A model generated the notes under the pieces. It ran no database searches. It was not told where the DNA came from and saw only the letters and a program-made list of their open reading frames with translations. A DNA stretch of 56,288 nt, taken from positions 1-56,288 of the forward strand of contig CAMZLB010000018.1 of the NCBI GenBank assembly GCA_947311515.1, written 5' to 3'. Made by a program: the position numbers and the translations under genes. The stretch is from Candidatus Moraniibacteriota bacterium (GTDB lineage Bacteria > Patescibacteriota > Minisyncoccia > Moranbacterales > GCA-2747515). The stretch's first letter is position 1. Each line of letters opens with the position of its first letter. Below, piece after piece: positions 28,865 to 38,076 of this stretch.

Positions 28865-31800
28865 ATGATTAATAAAAATAGTAAAATTTTAGTATTTGTA
28901 GCTAGTATGATAGTTTTTATGGGATTATTTTCTGTAGTAGATTTTTTTGTCGCACAAGCTACTTTTACGGAGCCGACAGATGCTCCACCAGGAGGAAATG
29001 TGTTGGGACCACTTACTACTGGAGCGGGAGCTCAGTGGCGTGCAGGTTCACTTGGAATAGGTACAGGAGCTCCTGCATCAGGAGCGCTTCTTTTGGATGT
29101 TGAAGGTGATGTAGGTGCTCAGCGGTATTGTGATGAGGATGGAAATAATTGTTCAACTCCTCCGTTTGGTGGCGGTGGAGTAGATGAGATAAATGATTTG
29201 TCAGATGGTCGCACTGGAGGGAATTCTGTATTTTTGGGTTCTGGTGCTGGAGTAAATGATGATTTGACAAGTAATAATAACGTATTTTTAGGTATAAATG
29301 CAGGAGAGACAAATACATCAGGTGAAGGAAATAGTGCGATGGGCTTTTACGCTCTTAGGAGTAATATAAGTGGTTCAGATAATACAGCAATTGGAAGTAG
29401 ATCTTTGTATGATAATACTACAGGTGATTACAATATAGCAATAGGTGCATACGCTCTTGAGACTAATACAACGGGTTTACGAAATACAGCAGTAGGTCAT
29501 GAATCTATGGAGTCAAATATTTCTGGAGAAAGTAATTCAGCATTAGGTGCGCATGCTCTCAGAGATAATACAACTGGTATAGAAAATACTGCCATAGGAC
29601 TAGATTCTATGAAAGATAATGTAAGTGGCAATTATAATTCAGCCCTTGGTTCACATTCTATGAATAACAATACGGTAGGAGCATATAATTCAGCTTTTGG
29701 ACATAACTCTATGAGGATAAATACTGCAGGAGGTCATAATTCAGCATTTGGTCATGAGTCATTAGGATCAAATACAACAGGAGAAGGTAATGTAGCTGTT
29801 GGTGCACATTCAACAGTTACAAATACTACAGGAAATTGGAATACTGCTATAGGTTATAATAGTCTAATGAATAATATAATGGGCTCTGAAAATGTTGTAG
29901 CTGGAGAGGGTGCTCTCTACACGAATACAATGGGTTCAAATAATACAGCAATTGGAACTTCATCTTTGTATTCTAATGCTGCAGGAGATAATAATGTTGC
30001 ACTTGGAGATGGTGCTCTCTACGCAAATACTGATTCAAATAATACAGCAATTGGAACTTCATCTTTGTATTCTAATACTACAGGAGATAATAATGTTGCA
30101 CTTGGAGAGAGTGCTCTTTACGCAAATATAACTGCTTCAGGTAATACAGCAATTGGAACTGAATCTTTGCATTCTAATACTACAGGAGAGTTTAATTCAG
30201 CGTTTGGATATAGCTCTTTGTATTATAATACTTCTGGAAATGATAATATTGCAATGGGTTTAGATGCTCTTATGAGTAATACAAGTGGTTCAGATAATGT
30301 AGCAATTGGACTTGATTCTTTGTATAGTCATACTACAGGTGATTACAATATAGCAATAGGTCGATATGCTCTTAGAACTAGCACAACTGCTTCAAATAAT
30401 GTAGCAATTGGAACTGAATCTTTATATTATAATACTAATGGCATTGAAAATACGGCTATAGGAGCTAATTCAGGTGATTCTATTACAAGTGGTGCTAATA
30501 ATGTTACAGTAGGTGCTAGTGCAGGAGATAATATAACAACTGGTAGTAGAAATATAATAATTGGAGAAAATACTAATGCATCTTCTCCTACAGGGGACAA
30601 TCAATTAAATATCGGAGATACGATATATGGATATACTGATACTGCTAGAATTAGTATAGGAGATGAAACACCAGATGGAGCATTGAAACTGGATGTTGAA
30701 GGACAAATTGGAGCGACTCATTATTGTGATGAAGATGGAAATAATTGTGTAGCTGCGGGCTCTTTTGGTGGTGGAGGTGGCGGTGGAGCAAATGAGATAA
30801 ATGATTTGTCAGATGGTCGTACTGGAGGGAATTCTGTATTTTTGGGTTCTGGTGCTGGAGTAAATGATGATTTGACAAGTAATAATAACGTATTTTTAGG
30901 TATAAATGCAGGAAATGCAAATACATCAGGTGAAGAAAATTCAGGAATTGGATATCAATCTCTATATTCAAATACTACAGGAAAAAATAATACAGCATTA
31001 GGTATCAATAGTTTATATGCAAATACAACAGGAGGTTATAATTCAGCACTTGGACATGATGCGTTAAAATTAAGCACAACAGGAGGTCATAATTCAGCAT
31101 TTGGACATAAGGCACTAGAATCAAATACAACAGGATATGAAAATGTATCTATTGGTGCACATTCTTTGAGTTTTAATACTACTGGAAGCGATAATGTAGC
31201 TGTAGGTTTTGAATCTTTATTTTCAAATACAGCTTCAAATAATACAGCAATTGGATATCAATCAATGTATACAAATACTACAGGAAGAGATAATTCAGCA
31301 TTTGGATATGAATCATTAGAATTAAATACAACAGGAATTGAAAATGTGGCTATTGGCACACATTCAGAAGCTCTAAACACTGCAGGAAGTTATAATGTAG
31401 CTCTAGGTGTGCAGTCTCTATATTCCAATGCAACAGGAGTATCTAACACAGCAATAGGTTCTTACGCTCTTAATGGTAATACAGCTTCACAAAATACAGC
31501 AATCGGAACTTCATGTTTGTATACTAATACTACAGGTAGTAGCAATGTAGCAATGGGTTATTACGCTCTTGTAAGTAATACAACTGCTTCAGGTAATACA
31601 GCAATTGGAACCGAATCTTTGTACTCAAATACTTCTGGAGGTGATAATACGGCTATAGGAGCTAATTCAGGTGATTCTATTACAAGTGGTGCTAATAATG
31701 TTACAGTAGGTGCTAATGCAGGAGATAATATAACATCAGGTAGTAATAATATAGTAATTGGTGCAAATATAGATATCGCATCTGCTACAGCAAGTGATCA

Positions 31801-32257
31801 AATAAATATTGGAAATGCTTTCAAGAGAGATAATAGTGGAAATATTGATATAGACGCAGGAACTAACGAAATAGATTTAACGGCTTTAACTATAAGGCAT
31901 AATGGAACTTCGATTCATAGTTCTGATAAACGACTTAAAAAAAATATAGAAACTGTTAATGGACTAGATGTTATAAATAAATTAAGAGGAGTTGAATTTG
32001 CATGGAAAAAGAATGACATAGAGTCAGCAGGTGTGATAGCTCAAGAGATTGAGGAAGTTTTACCAAATTTAGTTCACGAGAGTGAAGATTATAAAATGGT
32101 AGAATACAATGCACTTTCTGCGTATTTTATAGAGAGTATAAAAGAGCTTAGTGATGAGGTAGATAATTTAAATGATTATGCAGAAAAACAAGAAAAGATT
32201 ATAGAAAGTCAACAAAAACAGATAAATCAACTGTTATTAATGGTTGATTCTGAGTGA
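28865..32257 (+). CDS. secreted repeat fibre/adhesin-like protein with C-terminal peptidase S74 intramolecular chaperone
   Basis: Signal peptide; dozens of ~17-aa N(T/V)AIG..sL..NTTG repeats; two CDEDGNNC-polyG linkers; C-terminal SSDKRLKKNI...GVIAQE followed by a coiled coil. Confidence 0.85.
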   Translation: MINKNSKILVFVASMIVFMGLFSVVDFFVAQATFTEPTDAPPGGNVLGPLTTGAGAQWRAGSLGIGTGAPASGALLLDVEGDVGAQRYCDEDGNNCSTPPFGGGGVDEINDLSDGRTGGNSVFLGSGAGVNDDLTSNNNVFLGINAGETNTSGEGNSAMGFYALRSNISGSDNTAIGSRSLYDNTTGDYNIAIGAYALETNTTGLRNTAVGHESMESNISGESNSALGAHALRDNTTGIENTAIGLDSMKDNVSGNYNSALGSHSMNNNTVGAYNSAFGHNSMRINTAGGHNSAFGHESLGSNTTGEGNVAVGAHSTVTNTTGNWNTAIGYNSLMNNIMGSENVVAGEGALYTNTMGSNNTAIGTSSLYSNAAGDNNVALGDGALYANTDSNNTAIGTSSLYSNTTGDNNVALGESALYANITASGNTAIGTESLHSNTTGEFNSAFGYSSLYYNTSGNDNIAMGLDALMSNTSGSDNVAIGLDSLYSHTTGDYNIAIGRYALRTSTTASNNVAIGTESLYYNTNGIENTAIGANSGDSITSGANNVTVGASAGDNITTGSRNIIIGENTNASSPTGDNQLNIGDTIYGYTDTARISIGDETPDGALKLDVEGQIGATHYCDEDGNNCVAAGSFGGGGGGGANEINDLSDGRTGGNSVFLGSGAGVNDDLTSNNNVFLGINAGNANTSGEENSGIGYQSLYSNTTGKNNTALGINSLYANTTGGYNSALGHDALKLSTTGGHNSAFGHKALESNTTGYENVSIGAHSLSFNTTGSDNVAVGFESLFSNTASNNTAIGYQSMYTNTTGRDNSAFGYESLELNTTGIENVAIGTHSEALNTAGSYNVALGVQSLYSNATGVSNTAIGSYALNGNTASQNTAIGTSCLYTNTTGSSNVAMGYYALVSNTTASGNTAIGTESLYSNTSGGDNTAIGANSGDSITSGANNVTVGANAGDNITSGSNNIVIGANIDIASATASDQINIGNAFKRDNSGNIDIDAGTNEIDLTALTIRHNGTSIHSSDKRLKKNIETVNGLDVINKLRGVEFAWKKNDIESAGVIAQEIEEVLPNLVHESEDYKMVEYNALSAYFIESIKELSDEVDNLNDYAEKQEKIIESQQKQINQLLLMVDSE
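29184..29305 (+). repeat. intragenic direct repeat A, copy 1 (copy 2 at 30792-30913)
   Basis: 122 bp with one mismatch seen by eye (CGC/CGT). Confidence 0.9.
29935..30128 (+). repeat. intragenic tandem repeat, 99-bp period
   Basis: 29935-30029 and 30034-30128 are nearly identical (SNNTAIGTSSLYSN..GDNNVALG..ALYAN). Confidence 0.88.
30449..30538 (+). repeat. intragenic direct repeat C, copy 1 (copy 2 at 31646-31735)
   Basis: 90 bp with one mismatch seen by eye. Confidence 0.88.
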
Positions 32258-32293
32258 TAAGGTAGACCATGTTTATATAAAAATATAAAAAAT

Positions 32294-33049
32294 ATGGAAA
32301 AAAGAATTTTGAAAGAGTTGGAAAGTAAGGATGGTGAAACTAGAGTTTTTATATTTTCCTTGATTATAATATCGGCAATAATTATTTTTTTTGGAACTGT
32401 TTTTATAATTGGAGGTAGTAAGATAAATAATTCAATTAAAAATGAGGAAATGCTACTTAATAAATCAGAAGTAGTCAATAATAAAAAATACAAAATTTTA
32501 TCAAATAATGCAAAGATTGAAGGAATGGCTGAGATGGATATGATAAAAAAAGATGGTTCTATAAATGTGAGTTATTTTATACATATTACAGAGAATTTGC
32601 CTGCAAATAAAAAATGTTTTGAAAATGATGAGGATACAGATGATAATTGTAGATATATTGATTTTTATAATTATGTAGTATCTATTAATGATGGTGATAA
32701 TGATAGGGGCATTATAGGAAGATTGTATCCTATATTTTGTTCTTCTTTTGCTAACTTGTCAGAATCAAAGACTCTTTATGATTCTTATACTAGTTGTTGG
32801 CAAGGAGAAAAAAAGAATAAATATCAACATACTGATAAATATTTTATAAAAATCGATACCTCATATGATACATTAGATGATTTTTTGGCTAGTAGTGTTA
32901 TTGATATATATGATGCAAAAGACTATACTGAAAGAACAAATATTACAAAAAATAAAATGACTACTAACACGGAAGTGATTCATGTAGAAAATGCAGTCAA
33001 AAATGGTAATGTAATAAAAAAATATAAATTTAAGATAGTTGAGTTATAA
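32294..33049 (+). CDS. membrane-anchored hypothetical protein
   Basis: Single N-terminal TM segment, four Cys in the presumed external domain; directly follows the fibre gene. Confidence 0.75.
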   Translation: MEKRILKELESKDGETRVFIFSLIIISAIIIFFGTVFIIGGSKINNSIKNEEMLLNKSEVVNNKKYKILSNNAKIEGMAEMDMIKKDGSINVSYFIHITENLPANKKCFENDEDTDDNCRYIDFYNYVVSINDGDNDRGIIGRLYPIFCSSFANLSESKTLYDSYTSCWQGEKKNKYQHTDKYFIKIDTSYDTLDDFLASSVIDIYDAKDYTERTNITKNKMTTNTEVIHVENAVKNGNVIKKYKFKIVEL

Positions 33050-33151
33050 CAAATTTTTAAGTATAGTTTATCTAAAATTTCCTATTTCAGCTAAAATTAA
33101 AAAGTCTAGTAATAGAACGATATTTTATACAAGTTATGACATATTATATAT

Positions 33152-34486
33152 ATGAAACAAGACACTGCTTTGAATGTGCTTAAGTCAGGTGTGAATATTT
33201 TTTTGACGGGATCACCTGGATCAGGAAAAACTTTTGTTTTGAATGAATACATCGATTATCTTAAAAAGTATAAAATAAATTTATCAATAACGGCTTCAAC
33301 TGGTATTGCAGCTAGTCATATAAACGGAATAACGTTACATTCTTTTGTTGGGTTAGGTTTAGATATTGAAGTGACTGATAAGTTTATAAAAAAACTATTA
33401 TCTAAATACTATATAGCTAGTCGTTTGAAAAAGGTGAGAGTATTAATTGTGGATGAAGTATCTATGATAAATCCAAATGTTTTTTGTGCTGTAGATAAAA
33501 TTTTAAAAATAGTAAAAGAATCTTCTTGTGCATTTGGTGGTGTGCAGGTCGTTCTTAGTGGTGATTTTTTTCAATTGCCTCCAGTTAGAAAAGTAGGGGA
33601 TTTAAATAATGATAAAAAATATATATGGCAGACAAAAGTATGGCAAGACTTAAAATTGTCTGTATGTTATTTGCATGAAAAATTTAGACATAAGGATGAA
33701 GATTTTATAAATTTATTGGGAGAAATTAGAAGAGGGAAGATATCACAAAAATATTTAAAACTTTTAGAAAATTCCACACAAAGAAAACAAAATAATACTA
33801 AAAAAATAACTAAATTATACACTCATAATATGGATATAGATAGAATTAATGACTTGGAGTTGGCAAAATTAAAAAATGATGGTAAAATTTTTCAAGCAGG
33901 AACAAGGGGTGATAAATTACTTGTTAAAGGTATTTTTTCTTCAACGTTAGTTAGATTATTATTAAAAATAAAAATAGGCTCTCATGTCATTTTTATTAGA
34001 AATGATGAAGAAGCTGGATATATAAATGGAACAATCGGTGAAGTCGTAGGATTTGATGAATCTGGATATCCAATAGTTAAAACATTGGATGAAAATATAA
34101 TTGTAGCTGAGCCAAAAGAATGGTTGAGAGAGAATGAATCTGGAGAATTTTTAGCAGGAGTTAGACAGATACCACTTAAATTAGCTTGGGCACTTACTAT
34201 ACATAAGTCACAAGGTATGACTCTAGATGAAGCTGTTATAGATTTGTCTTATGCATTTGAGGTTGGACAGGGCTACGTAGCTTTATCACGTCTTAGAACT
34301 CTTTCAGGATTATTTTTAGAGGGGATAAATAATAAGGCTTTTGAAGTTGATGAGAGTGTGAAGGTTTTTGATAAAATTTTAATTAGAAAGTCAAGTAATG
34401 TAGAAGAAAATTTTAATAATAAAAATATTAGAATACTAGAAAAAGAGCAGGAAAAATTTATTTTAAAAATGAATGGAATTTTATGA
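33152..34486 (+). CDS. PIF1-family SF1B DNA helicase
   Basis: GSPGSGKT, ASTGIAA, DEVSM, GDFFQLPPV, TIHKSQGMTLD and YVALSR. Confidence 0.95.
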   Translation: MKQDTALNVLKSGVNIFLTGSPGSGKTFVLNEYIDYLKKYKINLSITASTGIAASHINGITLHSFVGLGLDIEVTDKFIKKLLSKYYIASRLKKVRVLIVDEVSMINPNVFCAVDKILKIVKESSCAFGGVQVVLSGDFFQLPPVRKVGDLNNDKKYIWQTKVWQDLKLSVCYLHEKFRHKDEDFINLLGEIRRGKISQKYLKLLENSTQRKQNNTKKITKLYTHNMDIDRINDLELAKLKNDGKIFQAGTRGDKLLVKGIFSSTLVRLLLKIKIGSHVIFIRNDEEAGYINGTIGEVVGFDESGYPIVKTLDENIIVAEPKEWLRENESGEFLAGVRQIPLKLAWALTIHKSQGMTLDEAVIDLSYAFEVGQGYVALSRLRTLSGLFLEGINNKAFEVDESVKVFDKILIRKSSNVEENFNNKNIRILEKEQEKFILKMNGIL

Positions 34487-35130
34487 AAAATATGAGTTTA
34501 GATAAAAAAAGGTTGGCGAACATGGTTTTAAAACTGCTCAAAGATGAATATCAAAGTACAGGTCCGTTTTTGGACTGGACTAATCCATTAGAGCTTTTGG
34601 TTGCTGTTTCACTTAGTGCACAGTGCACGGATAAAAGAGTGAATGAAGTAACTGAAAAATTGTTTAAAAAATATAAAAGTCCCCTAGATTATGCTAACGC
34701 TAACAAAGATGATTTAGAAAAATTGATATATTCAACTGGATTTTATAAAAATAAAACAAAAAATCTTATAGGTATGGGTAAGATTATCGTAGAAAAATTT
34801 AATTCAATAGTACCAAACAATTTTGAAGAATTACAAGAAATTCCAGGAGTGGGTAAAAAAACTGCTGCTATAATATTATCCAATGCATTCAATAAAAATA
34901 TAAGTGTAGCAGTAGATACGCATGTAAAAAGATTGGTGAATCTAATAGGAATAGTTGAAAGTAATAATGTAGAAAAAATAAGATTGAGTTTGAATAAGTA
35001 TTTAGAAAGTAAAAATTATGCTGTATTTAATGAATACCTTATAACGCATGGTCGTGCAGTTTGCGTAGCTAGAAAACCACAATGCATAAAATGTGTACTT
35101 GTAAATATTTGCAAAAATAATAGAGATTAA
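34483..35130 (+). CDS. nth: endonuclease III
   Basis: LSAQCTD, HhH PGVGKKTA, VDTHV and the C-x6-C-x2-C-x5-C FeS motif. Confidence 0.96.
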   Translation: MKNMSLDKKRLANMVLKLLKDEYQSTGPFLDWTNPLELLVAVSLSAQCTDKRVNEVTEKLFKKYKSPLDYANANKDDLEKLIYSTGFYKNKTKNLIGMGKIIVEKFNSIVPNNFEELQEIPGVGKKTAAIILSNAFNKNISVAVDTHVKRLVNLIGIVESNNVEKIRLSLNKYLESKNYAVFNEYLITHGRAVCVARKPQCIKCVLVNICKNNRD

Positions 35131-35145
35131 ATTTTTTAAAATTAA

Positions 35146-35171
35146 AAAGAGAGAAGTATTATTCTCTCTTT
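35146..35171. terminator. bidirectional terminator hairpin between convergent genes
   Basis: AAAGAGAGAA-gtatta-TTCTCTCTTT. Confidence 0.7.
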
Positions 35172-35178
35172 GATGTGA

Positions 35179-36288
35179 CTATTCTTCAATAGAAAAATAT
35201 GCTTTAATAGCTCTTCCAAGTTCTTTTTCTTTAGCACTATTGGGAATGTCAGTTTCATTATCTAGAAATTCATTTATTTCTTCTAATGTATGAAATTTTC
35301 CGATGTTTTTTGGGTCTCCTAGTAATGCATTTTGTTTGTCTAATAAAGCATTCATTTCGTCTAGTTCGCTCTTTGTTAAAGTAAAATCATAAGTGCCATG
35401 TACATAAATTTTTTCTGTAGAACTATCATTTTTATTTAATTCAAATTCATACATAGCATTATTAATTAATTTCGAATTTTCTGGATGCAAAAAAACCATT
35501 TTTCTCTCTTGGGAAATTACCACACCTTCTCCATAAGTATTTACAGCAGCTTCTTTTGCTTTATCAAAAGATTTTGTAAAATAAACTCTTTTCTTTATTT
35601 TACCGTTCCTCATAAAAGTTCCTTCTTTTGTAATTATAACATTATTGTTATGAGTACCGGTCATAGCTTCTACATGTTCTATGCCATCAGAATCAATTCC
35701 ACCAGACTCAAAATCTATTGTATGAACTATTTTATTTTCTTCATTGCAAAATAATATATAATACATATCACCTCTACCATGATCTTTTGTTGTATCTTCT
35801 ACTAAAGTGTTTCTGCAAATCTTCACATCACCAAGAGAATCAATGTCAAATCCATTCTCCTTTAATGTGATTGATAAAGTCTCAAAAGCAACTTCTTCAA
35901 TAGCCTTCTCTCTTTCTGATGCTTTTTTGCTTGATTTAAATTTGATATCAAAATCCTCCATGAAACCATCTAGGCAATATTCTTTGTTGTCTGTAGTATC
36001 TAAGTATTCAAAGCAATCATCTTCTTTGTAGAAAGGTATATTTAAATTATTAATATCATTTTCAGCAATAGAATCACCATCAGAATAGTATAAGTCATTA
36101 GACTTTGATTTTTTTGCAAATTTTTGTGTTATTTTAGTTATGACGCTTTCCTTACTATCAATATTTGCAGTGTTTGTAATATTAGTATCCAATTCAATAA
36201 CATCTTCATTGGAGTTAATAATTACATTATATGTGACAAATCCTATAAGTAGTCCTAATGCACCGCCTATTATTACATTTTTTTTCAT
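35179..36288 (-). CDS. membrane-anchored acidic hypothetical protein
   Basis: N-terminal hydrophobic anchor, D/E-rich body, AAAGGA ribosome site upstream. Confidence 0.8.
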   Translation of the reverse strand: MKKNVIIGGALGLLIGFVTYNVIINSNEDVIELDTNITNTANIDSKESVITKITQKFAKKSKSNDLYYSDGDSIAENDINNLNIPFYKEDDCFEYLDTTDNKEYCLDGFMEDFDIKFKSSKKASEREKAIEEVAFETLSITLKENGFDIDSLGDVKICRNTLVEDTTKDHGRGDMYYILFCNEENKIVHTIDFESGGIDSDGIEHVEAMTGTHNNNVIITKEGTFMRNGKIKKRVYFTKSFDKAKEAAVNTYGEGVVISQERKMVFLHPENSKLINNAMYEFELNKNDSSTEKIYVHGTYDFTLTKSELDEMNALLDKQNALLGDPKNIGKFHTLEEINEFLDNETDIPNSAKEKELGRAIKAYFSIEE

Positions 36289-36350
36289 AATTTTTCCTTT
36301 TAAAAAATTTTTCAGACCAGTTATATTTTATCATAACCGGTCTTTTGTTA

Positions 36351-37010
36351 CTAATCTTCTACAGAATATCTAGCATGGTCTCCAGCATATGGACGCCACC
36401 ATTTGCCAAAAAAGTCTTTTTTTTTGACTCTTGAGCCTATTTTTATAAAATCAAATCTAGCACTGCCACGCATACCGTTTATAGAATCATGGATATAAAC
36501 ATACTTTAGCTTGTATCTTCCATTCTTTTTACGAATTTTGGCACCATAGACTAATAACCAGTGTTGACCTGGGTGGTATTCTTTTTTGCCCTCTGCATTT
36601 ACATATACAGTTGTACCAGAGATTGCAATAGGTCTGCGTTGCTTTATGATTTCATTATAAAGTCTTTTTTCAGCACTCTCTATGTTTCTGTGTCTATCTC
36701 TCTGAAATTTTTTACCAGTATAAGATCTGAGAATTCTTCTTAACTCCCAAGCTTGGATTCCTCCACTATATGGATATGTGTCCCAATATAGAAAACTTTT
36801 GAATTGTTTTCTTAGTCTTGATTCAGCAGGAAGTTTCCTGTTTATTTGATATATCCACATTCTAGCGACTGCTAAGCCACATGAGACGCTAGTCTCCTGG
36901 GGAAAATGTGGTGGTACAGGGTAGATAACACGCCTCTTGTATTCACTAGATGAGAGGTTAGTTATTGCTAATAAGCTTGAAATAAATACCGTTGAAAGTA
37001 ATTTTTTCAT
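36351..37010 (-). CDS. secreted papain-like C39-family cysteine peptidase
   Basis: Signal peptide; Q-x5-C (PQETSVSCG.A), His in QHWLLVYG and Asp in YIHDS. Confidence 0.75.
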   Translation of the reverse strand: MKKLLSTVFISSLLAITNLSSSEYKRRVIYPVPPHFPQETSVSCGLAVARMWIYQINRKLPAESRLRKQFKSFLYWDTYPYSGGIQAWELRRILRSYTGKKFQRDRHRNIESAEKRLYNEIIKQRRPIAISGTTVYVNAEGKKEYHPGQHWLLVYGAKIRKKNGRYKLKYVYIHDSINGMRGSARFDFIKIGSRVKKKDFFGKWWRPYAGDHARYSVED

Positions 37011-37247
37011 CTCTATATCCTTTCTTTTGCCGTATTGTAAAGTGCGATAAATATTTATATCAAATTCAAAACATTGTTTGTATTATGAAAAATATTTATG
37101 TAATCATGATTAAATTTGATTACTCTTATAGTGTATATATATATTTATTGTCAACCCCCCCCAAAAAAATTCTAATTATCAATTACCAAAAATAATTTTT
37201 TTATGCTAAGCTTTAAGAGTATAATATTTATTGTATATAATATTTGT

Positions 37248-37880
37248 ATGAAAATTGTAAAAAATTTATTTACTCATGTAATTGCTATCAAAGATGGAAT
37301 TATGGGATTATTTGATGCAAAATATCCTAATCCACCATTTGATAGGATAGTTTTTATTTGTGGAATAAGTGCAAATAAGTATAGTCTTATTAAGTGGGAT
37401 AAAATGTTAAATAGATTATTTCCAAATACAGAAATAATTATAATGAGAAAATATTATCTATATACTCAAGAGAAAAATGTTAATCTCTTTATAGAAAATA
37501 TAGTCAAAACATTATCAGAGAATAAAAAAACTTTATTAATAGGATATTCGTTTGGTGGAATGCTAGCAAAGGCTTCTATTTGTAAATTGAGAAATATTGA
37601 ACATATTCTATGTCTTGTAACTTTAGCAACACCACATAAAATGTGTAACTTTGGGGTAAAAAAGGCAATTAAAGATTTTTCTATACCAGAAAGCGTTGAT
37701 GTCCCTACTATAACAATAGGAGGAAATTTGGATGCTATCGTGCCCTTAAAATATTCTAAAATGAAAGGTTCTGTGTCTCATTTTGTTTTACCATGTACTC
37801 ATTTAGCTTTTGTGCATATTAGAAAAACGAGGAAGGAAGTTGTCGATATTATTATGCACAACTGTACTAAATACAAATAA
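37248..37880 (+). CDS. alpha/beta hydrolase (lipase/PGAP1-like)
   Basis: GYSFGG nucleophile elbow, TLATPH, D.IVP and C-terminal His. Start set at ATG 37248. Confidence 0.8.
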   Translation: MKIVKNLFTHVIAIKDGIMGLFDAKYPNPPFDRIVFICGISANKYSLIKWDKMLNRLFPNTEIIIMRKYYLYTQEKNVNLFIENIVKTLSENKKTLLIGYSFGGMLAKASICKLRNIEHILCLVTLATPHKMCNFGVKKAIKDFSIPESVDVPTITIGGNLDAIVPLKYSKMKGSVSHFVLPCTHLAFVHIRKTRKEVVDIIMHNCTKYK

Positions 37881-38076
37881 AGTTTTTTAAAAGTATATTA
37901 CTAGTTATTTCTATTGAAGGCTTAGTTGATAAATATAAATGACTTTAGATATGTTCTTGTATAAGTTAGACCTAGAAAAAAATTAGGTCATTTTTATTTT
38001 TTTTAATATTTGGATTTAAGAAATAATTTTTTATTTGTGTTAAAATAGAATAAAGGAGAATAAAACTAATAAAAAT

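Noticed and set aside
28865-32257. Repeats considered as a CRISPR array or DGR template/variable repeats
   Set aside because: The repeats are in-frame coding units without unique spacers. No cas or reverse transcriptase gene is in the window, and there are too few mismatches to show adenine-specific mutagenesis.
28865-33049. Prophage remnant suggested by the tail-fibre chaperone domain
   Set aside because: No integrase, terminase, capsid or other tail genes are present, and the protein has a signal peptide.
36314-36350. Integron attC site between the peptidase and its partner
   Set aside because: TAAC follows the stop codon but there is no matching GTTRRRY end and no integrase. A plain hairpin is more likely.
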